A DNA stretch of 64,000 nucleotides from Octopus sinensis (Eukaryota): positions 95,728,001-95,792,000 of the forward strand of contig NC_043005.1 in NCBI RefSeq assembly GCF_006345805.1, written 5' to 3'. The position numbers were made by a program, and so were the translations under genes. This document shows positions 55,207 through 64,000 of the stretch, piece by piece. The notes under the pieces are model-generated. The model saw nothing but the letters and a program-made list of their open reading frames with translations. It did not search any database and was not told the origin of the DNA. Numbering within the stretch: the first letter of the stretch is position 1; each line of letters starts with the position of its first letter.

Positions 55207-55779
55207 GCTCATGATGGGCTTCCACACAATTTCTGTCTACCAAATCTGATCACAAGGCATTGGTTGGCCCAGGGCTATAGTAGAAGACACTTGCCCAAGG
55301 TGCCATGCTGTGAGACTGAATCTAAGACCATGTGACTGCAAGGATTCTTAACTACACAACCATGCCTGTGCATATAATATCCATTTGATGAAAATTTGTT
55401 CGACTCACTTTATTACACAGGTTAGACCCTGCCATATTTAGAATGCAGAATGTTATGGTATTTTTTCCTAGGGCATCACCATTATCCTTTAACATCTGTT
55501 TTCCATGCTGGCATGTGTTGTATGGCCATATTGTTTATAGTGTCTATTTGTGTTCAGAAAATAATTGTATTTCATGTGATAGCAAGAATTATAGTAGTGC
55601 GTCAAATTTTATTGCTAAAAAGATGTCTGGAATTTATGTTTAATGTAGTCACCTTAACTTTAGTTTTGTGTTTTAATCAGGACACTTTTCATCTGTCTTC
55701 AAGTACTACTTTGTTTACATTTTCTTTTGCAATTAAAAGGAGGGAGCAGGTCCTGAACTGCAATAGAAACTTGTTTTAT

Positions 55780-55954
55780 CCTTCAGTATTTAAACCAGCC
55801 ATATCCATCCAAAATACTCTAACTGCTTTATTTTCAAACTCACCAAACCCAGCCTCTCACATCTACCATGCAATGTTATTCTAAAAGTAAATAATTCGAA
55901 GTAATATGAATAAGTGAGCATTACATTTGCCAGAGTAACCTGAATGTTGAAGGG
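55780..55954. mobile_element. Decayed piggyBac-type MITE
   Basis: ttat|ccttcagtatt ... aatgttgaaggg|ttaa. Confidence 0.5.
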
Positions 55955-56199
55955 TTAACCCTCATCTAAAATGTGTCTATTTGTGTCTGAGTGTGTGTGT
56001 GTTTGTGACAAACCTAAAGACACATGCAAAACAATCAAAACACAAAACATCCATCCATCATTTTCGCCACTTGCTATTCCTCAGAGGGTTGTGGGGGTAG
56101 AATTCTTGGGTACCTCCTGCCTTGTCCTCCATATGGTCCTGTCAGAAGTGGACATTACTATACTTTCCAGCTAGATTTGCAATTGTAACCAATTAAGAG

Positions 56200-57185
56200 T
56201 ATGAACATTATCCAGCCATGTTGCTCTTAGTCTGCCCCTGGGTATCTTGCTGGTTGTCTTGGCTTAGAGAATTTGTCTTGCTATCCTTTCCTGCAAGGTT
56301 CTATTCACATGTCCATAGTACCAGAGCTATGATTTCTCAATGCAGAGAAGGAGGTCTATTAAACCTAAAAGGTCAAAGAAGAGGACCAAAGAAGAAATTC
56401 TATGCAATTTTTCTGTTTGCTGATGGTTGCCCTTCAATTTCTCATGCATTTGAGGGGATTCAGGAAATGATTGACAGGTTTTCTGTGGCAGCTCATTTGG
56501 ACCATCAGCATCAAGAAGACTGAAGTTTTATTCCCACCAAAGCCTGGGACAGAACACACTCAAGATTCAAATGTGATGATTGGTAATAAACCCCTCAAAT
56601 GGGTCAAGTCATCTAAATATCTTGTACAGTAAACTTTAAGAGTACCATTGATGATGAAACCAATGTTAGAATATGTAAGGCTACAAGTGCTTTTGGAAAA
56701 TTTTCCCATCATTTGTGGGATGAACATGGTATCAGTCTGAAAACTAAAATAAATGTATATAGATCTTGAATTTTGAGCACACAATTGTATGGGTCAGAAG
56801 CACCAACTCTCTACTACAGATATAGAAAGAAACTTGAAACCTTTCACATGTCTGTGCCATATCTGAACCAAAATGGCAAAATATGATAGAAAAATGTAAT
56901 ATCTCCAGTATCAAAGCATGCTGCTGAGAATTCAGTGCAGATGGTTTGGACATGTTTGAATGAGAGGTGATTGCATTCTAATAATTCTTTTGTATGGCCA
57001 ACAAATATAGAGATACTGTGGTAAAGGAAGACCTATCTTTAGGTGTAAGGATAAGTTGAAGCAATCACTAAAGTTTCTACAGCTTAAATTGACATCTTCA
57101 GAAGGTCATTGCCTAGATTGATCTGCATGGCATAAAATGTGTCAAGATGCATCAAAACGATTTGAGTTGAAGAAACAACAATAAA
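56200..57185 (+). mobile_element. RTE/BovB-like LINE RT 3' fragment
   Basis: GGLLNLK...FLFADGC...IQEMIDRFS; KPLKWVKSSKYL; RICKATSAFGK...LWDEHGISLKTKINVYR; LYGSE. Confidence 0.75.
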
Positions 57186-57754
57186 AGAATTATATCCTGC
57201 AATGAACACATGTAACTTTTAGTGTATTTATATCAATTTCACTTTGAGAAAGATATGACTGTCATACCTCACTTCCTCTTATTCTACATGTATGTATTTG
57301 TGTCTAAGTAAGAAAGCATCACAAGAAACTTGCAAGGGAACCTCTATGAATCATTTGGTCTGCAAGAAATAACAGCTAAATTTCCCCCAAAATGATATAA
57401 TTTCCCTCAAAATTATGCCCTGTCATTATCATCATCATTGTAACATTCACTTTTCCAACCCTCACCTGTTTCCAAGCAAAGTAATATTTCCCCAAGGCCA
57501 GCCTTGTGAGTGGATTTGGTAGACAGAAACTGAAAGAATCTTCTCATATGTGTGTGTGTGTATTTTTCCCCCCTAACACCACTTGACAACCGATGCTGGT
57601 GTGTTTATGTCCCCATAACCTAGCAGTTTGGCGAAAGAGACCAATAGAATAAGTACTAGGCTTACAAAGAATACGTCTTGGGGTCAATTTGCTCAACTAA
57701 AGGCAGTGCCCCAGCATGGCTGCAGTCATATGAATGAAACAAGTAAAAGAATTT

Positions 57755-58655
57755 GCGAACGACACACCGGTCTCACGCCATTTCCGCTCCACTGGTCACT
57801 CCTTGCAACACCTGTCTGTGTTCGGTTTGTCCTTGCACAGAGGCCATCCGGATTCCCGTTTGCGCCGTGAACAGGAATTAATCTTCTCTCTTCGCTCTTA
57901 TACGCCATTTGGTCTCAACTCTCCCCCCTCCTCATCTAACCCCCTCTCCCCCTCCTCATCTAACCTCCCCCCCCGACCCCTACTTCTCTTCAGTCCTTCA
58001 TCCTTTCATCCCTACTCCTCTTCCCTTCTTCCCTCTTTCTCCCTCCCTCCTTCTTCCCCTTCCCTCTTTCTCTCTGCTCCCTCACTCCCCTTCTCTCCCC
58101 TCCTCTTCTCTCCTTCCTTCTCCCCCTTCCCCCTCCTCTTCTCCCCGTTCTTTCTCCCCCTCCCATCCCCCCTTACCTCCCCTCTTCCCTCATCTCCTCT
58201 CTCTACACTACACCATACGACTTTACACATCACATCATATATACATACACACGTCCAGACCTCTCATGCACACTAATACTCTCTCATACACACACACACA
58301 CTCTTCTCATATACACACACACACACTCTTATGTTGGAGCGAGGTCATTTAACCCTATTATCTCCCCTAATTTCGCTCTTGCGTCTCACGTTTGATCTTT
58401 GACTTCTGGCCGAAATCAGATCGCCATGTTGATTCGCTAGCCTCTGCACGCATTTTTTTTTTCTCTCCTTCTTTCTGTGTTTCTTCTCTGTGTATCTTTC
58501 TGTTGAAGAGCGTAGGCTCGAAACGTTAAAGACTAGTTTTATTTATATTTCCTGAGCACCATACTAATACAATTGTTTGTTTGTATTCCACCTGCCTTCG
58601 TCTTTTGTTTATTTCCGTAAACCTGCCTTCGTCTTTTGTCTATTTTCATAAAGCT
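57755..58655 (+). mobile_element. Penelope-like element 3' end: GIY-YIG C-terminus, CT-rich 3' UTR and hammerhead-bearing tail
   Basis: NDTPVSRHFRSTGHSLQHLSVFGL...SRLRREQELIFSLRSYTPFGLN is a typical PLE endonuclease C-terminus. The tail 58450-58650 is homologous to 18262-18420 and 46840-46990. Confidence 0.8.
58495..58532 (+). ncRNA. Minimal hammerhead-like motif, variant core
   Basis: TCTTT-CTGTTGA-A-GAGC-gtag-GCTC-GAAA-CGT-T-AAAGA. Confidence 0.65.
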
Positions 58656-58660
58656 TCCCG

Positions 58661-58695
<35 letters not shown>

Positions 58696-58762
58696 GAGGG
58701 AATATTATTCCAAACTTACAGGGAAAAATTCAATTTAGAAATACTAAATCAAATTTCACAAA

Positions 58763-58800
<38 letters not shown>

Positions 58801-59134
58801 AAAAATTTTTAAATATATATATATATATACATACACACACACACACACACACTCACTCACTTCAGTTTCAGTCTACTGAATTTGCTCACAAGATTTTGGT
58901 TGGTCCAGGGCTATTGTAGAAAAAACTTGCCCTAGGTCCCACGCAGTTAGACTGAACCCAGAACCATGTGGCTGGGAGGCAAGCTTCTTAACTACTCAGC
59001 CACACCTGTGCCTGCATCTATATGACAATTCAAAGGTTTTGACTTTTAACATTTGCAAAACAATTTATGTTAAAAATATCAGTTTATGTTAAATGACTTA
59101 TTTCCTTTGTGGGATATGATTCAAGTTAACTTGT

Positions 59135-59184
<50 letters not shown>

Positions 59185-59512
59185 AAGAAATTTTTATTTT
59201 GTAATATCTTCTTTTTTTAACCTTCTGATTATGTTTCTTTAAATCATTTGTTTTATGGCTTCAAACTTCTGACAATCTTCAAAGGAAAAAAAAAAGCAAG
59301 ATGGATTAAATTAGAGCAACCCTGGAGGAGTAAAGTTAAAGAACACTCCACCTTGTTTTCCTCTTCCTCTTTGCACCCTCTCTCTCTTTCATGCACACCT
59401 CTTCAAACAGAAACCATATCTTTCATGTGACTAAGATTACATCAGTTTTTCCTTCTCCATGTCAATCTTGCTCAGTTTTTCCCTCCACTTCTTTTCTCTG
59501 TTTCTCCATCTA

Positions 59513-59515
<3 letters not shown>

Positions 59516-59559
<44 letters not shown>

Positions 59560-59576
59560 CTGTCTGTTTTTCTCTC

Positions 59577-59647
<71 letters not shown>

Positions 59648-59748
59648 ATAGTAGTATGCAGACATAAATCTTCATGTAATATCTATTGGCTCAATCTAAA
59701 AGTTAATGAGGGTGATACGTAATCTCACTACAAGATGCAATTGACTGT

Positions 59749-59811
<63 letters not shown>
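59516..59811. repeat. (CT)n microsatellites (59516-59645 and about 59750-59811)
   Basis: Seen directly; they generate the SL/RE pseudo-ORFs. Confidence 0.97.
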
Positions 59812-59814
<3 letters not shown>

Positions 59815-61479
59815 CTTCCTTCTTCCAACTCTCATAGTTTGCTCCAATAATGACTAGAATGTGATTCTCAGTTACAGAAGAAAACAAAATTGCTGGAGGA
59901 GAATTGTAGTAAATTTCATATGATTTTGTTTGTGTGTGATAAAAAAATATTTTTAGCACAAAAGTAAGTAATCTTTTTATTTTCCCTTTAGTCAGTGCAA
60001 GAGTGCGCATGCACATGTAGCTTTGGAGAAGAGAAAGGGACATAGAGATTTGCAATAAAAATATTTTTATAATTTGACAATTTTTACCTGCAACTTCACA
60101 TGCATTTATGCAGTTTTTTTGTTTTCCCCACCTCTTTCCCTCCCTCTTCCTTTACTATCTTTCCCTCGTTCTCTCCTTCATCAGTTGTGCAGCTGGCTGT
60201 TCAGTAAAACTTTCAGTGTTTGCTAGAATTCATGATGATCCAAATCCGTCTCTTATTTTGTATACATACATACCTACATACAAGCAATATATGTATTGTC
60301 TTTACCAGTTGCTTTACCAAAACAATTAATCTTATATTTGTTACTATTGTTTTTATTTTTAAATATTCAACATCAAAAATCAATGGAAATTGTAGTTGTG
60401 ATCCCTGTGCCAGTGGCACGTAAAAAGCACCATCCGAACGTGGCCGATGCCAGTGCCGCCTTGACTGGCTTTCGTGCCAGTGGCACATAAAAAGCACTAA
60501 CGATTGTAGCCGTTGCCAGCCTTGCCTGGCACGTAAAAAGCACCCACTACACTCACGGAGTGGTTGGCGTTAAGAAGGGCATCCAGCTGTAGAAACACTG
60601 CCAGATCAAGACTGGAGCCTGGTGCAGCCTCCTGGCTTCCCAGACCCTGGTCGAACCGTCCAACTCATGCTAGCATGGAAAACGGACTTTAAACGATGAT
60701 GATGATGATTATACTGCTCTGATAAAAAGTTTGTAAAATAGATTCTTTTTTTTTTTTATTGTATTTTTGGAAACAAAATTTTTGCCAATAATTACATCAA
60801 TTCATTGATTATTCTTATTCACTTTATTCATTAATTATTTGGTTACAAACAAACCTATCATATTCTTATGTATTCTTCGCTGATCTCTGTTGTTTTTATA
60901 GACTCTGTATATTTTTCTTCAGATGATAAGGTTGTTGTTGCTCTTTTTGTTGTTATTTTATCTTTTGATTAACCCTGGTTGATCAAACTTATGACTGAAA
61001 GCATTTCAGCTGTGATCACTCCATCTTTTAGGGGCTATCTACGATTTACATTATCAAATGTGCCCTTCTCTTTTGTTAAGATAGCAGGATGTGCTTTGAA
61101 GAAGATTTTTATTGCTTCTTCTAACTGAGCAACCATACAGAGCATCAAACCCCAAAACCTGTTTGCACTACTGACCAATTTCATACAAGGCAATTTTTCC
61201 ACAAACTGGAGGACCATGTGCTAAACAAAACACTATAAAGTACATTATATATAATTCAATTATTACATATCTCATACAAAAACACCTTGCAGATTGCAAA
61301 AATCAATTAAATAGGAATGGAGTTTTAAATTTTTATTCTTTCTCTGCAACCCAGTACCAAATTATCCACAGTTCAGTTCTGGTCTCTGGCTCAGTGATTG
61401 GGGACTCTTGACATAGAGGTTTGCAGAATTACAAGTTCTCATAGCATGTAGAAATTCCTCTAAATAGTAGAAGATATTA

Positions 61480-61743
61480 TAGTTCTATATTTAAGAGATG
61501 AGGAATTATGTACATTATTTAAATTCAATGGATATTTGTCCTCATCTTGTTTGTTGTTAACATAACATTTCGGCTGATACACCCTCCAGCCTTCTTCAGG
61601 TGTCTTGGGGGAAATTTCGAACCTGGGTTCTCATTCCTAAGGTATTTTTCGATGCTATTATTATTATTGTTCAGGCATAGTGGTTAAGAGCATGGGCTCC
61701 TAACCCCAATATTCCGAGTTCAATTTCAAGCAGTGACCTGAAC

Positions 61744-61777
<34 letters not shown>

Positions 61778-61823
61778 GCATCGAAAAATACCTTAGGAAT
61801 GAGAACCCAGGTTCAAAATTTCC
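61480..61823. mobile_element. Rearranged retroposon: minus-strand body with hammerhead-like tail plus an inverted tRNA-like head
   Basis: Arms 61610-61675 and 61737-61823 are inverted copies differing in (AAT)n length. The spacer 61676-61736 has A-box/B-box-like sequence. Confidence 0.7.
61559..61604 (-). ncRNA. Hammerhead-like motif, partly decayed
   Basis: Minus strand: GACAC-CTGAAGA-A-GGCTG-gagggtgtat-CAGCC-GAAA-TGT-T-ATGTT. Stem II is perfect; stems I and III each carry one transition. Confidence 0.55.
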
Positions 61824-63039
61824 TCTTGCTGGAATATAGCAGCTAAATCTTCAAATCAAACCATAGCATCTTAAAAATGCGAAGATGCATTGGGCTAGAA
61901 AGACCTAGAAGCTCTTAAAAGGGCAAGAAAGCCCCAGCTTCACTCTATTGATTATAGACTTGTTCAATCACAATTGATCTAGTAGATAAACACCAGCAAC
62001 TATAAAATTCACTGCATTTTTAACCTAGAGTGTATGTTTGAAATGTGACACATGACTACACCATTGCTGTTTATTTTGTATTTTCTACACTGTAGCCTTG
62101 TGGCCTGATGTTTCTTCTTAAGAAATGATATTCAATTTAATTTTGTGTTCATTACATATTTCAATACCCATAGTACATCATTGCTATTAGCTTCTTCAAT
62201 TGGTACATTCTCCAACCATTTTCTACACACCACACACACACACACACACTTGTTGATTACACTATCTACCATATGATATAATCCATTTTGTGTATGTCAA
62301 TATACTTGATCTTGCTGAGAAGATTGCTTGAGGTTAAAATCTAAGTTAATGAGAATGTATGATTAGCAACTGGGCTACTGTGAGTTGAAGTCTCTTTAGA
62401 TTCTCCATTCAGTTTTATACAAAATGCATTCGTCTGTGTAAGACTGAATTATACAACATGCTCTCGTGTAGTATATAATTCACTCCATCATTTCTCTAAC
62501 AAAGTGACATTGGATTCTGTATATAACAGTATATTTATTAGCCATACACGTGTGTGTCTTTGTGTGTGTAATAAAAACTGACTCTTTAATGTCTCATTGT
62601 TGAATAACTTACTCCTGTTAGTCTTTATAGCAAGATTATGTGTGTTTACATGTAAAAAAAAATGCATGTAAAATGTTTATTTACACAAAATGGATATCTG
62701 ATACAATAGTTGACTGATGGTAGTATTGGTAAAATGTTGAATAATGAAATACCTTTGATGTTTTGTTATGTTCTGTGATCAATTCACTTCTTAGGTCCTT
62801 CTAAGATAGATGAAATAAGTACCAATGAGTGACTCAGCTATTCTGTGAAAGGCAATGCTCCAGCATGGCAACAGTCCAATGACTAAAGCCAGTAAAGTAA
62901 TAAAAGAATACCTTGTGTTATTTATAATACAATATTCCAGTTCTTATGATTTTATGGGGTAGCAATGTACTGGTTTTAATGGAATTTCAACACACTAGGA
63001 GAAATAAAGCCCTCTAGATGTTTTTCTCCAAGTTTGTAT

Positions 63040-63440
63040 ATGTAGCTTGCTTACCAACCACATAGTTCCGGGTTCAGTCCCACTGCGTGGCACCTTGGGC
63101 AAGTGTCTTCTACTTTAGCCTCGGGCCGACCAAAGCCTTGTGAGTGGATTTGGTAGACAGAAACTGAAAAAAGTCCGTCATATATATGTATATATATATA
63201 TGTGTGTGTGTGTGTGTTTGTGTGTCTGTGTTTGTCCCCCCCCCCGCCCCCAACATTGCTTAACAACCGATGCTGGTGTGTTTACGTCCCCGTAACTTAG
63301 TGGCTCGGCAAAAGAGACCGATAGAATAAGTACTAGGCTTACAAAGAATAAGTCCTGGGGTTAATTTGATTGACTAAAGGCGGTGCCCCAGCATGGCCAC
63401 AGGCAAATGACTGAAACAAGTAAGAGTTAAAGAGAAAGAG
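63040..63440 (+). mobile_element. SINE family A, near-complete reference copy
   Basis: tRNA-like 5' part (agcttgcttaccaaccac...gggttcagtccc), central (TA/TG) tract, 3' part ending in a aagagt/aaagag-type tail. Confidence 0.88.
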
Positions 63441-64000
63441 AGGTAATGTTTCTTTACTTTACCATCGTTTTTCTGTCTCTAGAAAGACAATATATGTTAT
63501 ACAAATGGCATCATTTATTACAGATTCATTTGTCATTGATTCAGGATGACATGGCAGGCTTAATTATGAACAGTAGTATGCTTATCATGGATTGATCTGT
63601 GATAACTCTTGTTAATGATCAGTTAAAGAATGCTTCACTGCAAAATCTGCCCAGCAACTATCCACAATTCTCAGCTACCCAGAATGCATTGACTATCATT
63701 TGTGCTTACATAACTATGCTGCAAGGGTGTGCATTTTTATGTGCACTTGTGCTTCTCAGTATACAAGCAGTCAACAGAAAAAGTACAGAGATGCCTGATC
63801 CTAACAAACAACAGAGATGAGTGTCTTCTTCACTGGAAAAGATAGACTATCAAATAAATATGTGATGGTGGAAGCTTCATGGCTTATGGGACTAACATTT
63901 GTTCCATTTACAAAGTGTGTGCAGAGGATTCATTTATCAGGTGTTTTTTTGTTGTTTTTTTTCTTTTTTGTAGTCAAATCCACAAGGGTAGATGTATATG

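Larger units (their letters stand above)
7203..64000 (+). other. Intron 1 of SMAP, extending beyond the window
   Basis: GT donor at 7203. The expected exon 2 (PRWASWN.G.F.CIRCAGIHRNLGVHIS) was not found on the + strand by manual search. Confidence 0.7.

Noticed and set aside
57960-58352. Pro/Ser/Leu-rich ORF extensions (57734-58276, 57909-58352)
   Set aside because: Only the first ~60 codons are PLE endonuclease; the rest is a low-complexity CT tract.
59391-59722. SL/RE-repeat ORFs
   Set aside because: (CT)n microsatellite translations.
7203-64000. CpG-decay gradient in gene-body SINEs as a methylation footprint
   Set aside because: Some intronic copies (15300, 63040) retain CpGs as well as the upstream copy does; age confounds the pattern and I cannot quantify it by hand.

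Overview
Eukaryotic, AT-rich, repeat-dense DNA. The SINE/RTE/microsatellite landscape looks like a coleoid cephalopod, most likely Octopus (inferred from pattern recognition, not a database search). One host gene is supportable: the first coding exon of a SMAP1/SMAP2-type ArfGAP (7085-7202, +). No exon 2 was found, so intron 1 appears to run past the window end (>56 kb). The rest is a TE mosaic: several tRNA-derived and RTE-tailed SINE families; decayed RTE, CR1-like, Ty3/Gypsy and Penelope-like (GIY-YIG) retroelements; mariner, piggyBac and hAT DNA elements; and non-autonomous Helitrons. The most notable signals are RNA-structural. (1) Seven minimal type-I hammerhead-ribozyme-like motifs in Penelope-type 3' tails, four sharing a non-canonical CUGUNGA core and one stem-I covariation, six of seven sense to the pre-mRNA. 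(2) A recent 1.26-kb tandem duplication placing two such motifs either side of an ~800-nt foldback, a retrozyme-like layout. (3) A perfect 102-bp-arm intronic hairpin. (4) A tRNA-headed element with a hammerhead-bearing tail and a Penelope-like inversion. Almost all ORFs in the supplied track are microsatellite or TE artefacts. Coordinates were counted by hand, and boundaries of decayed TEs are approximate.
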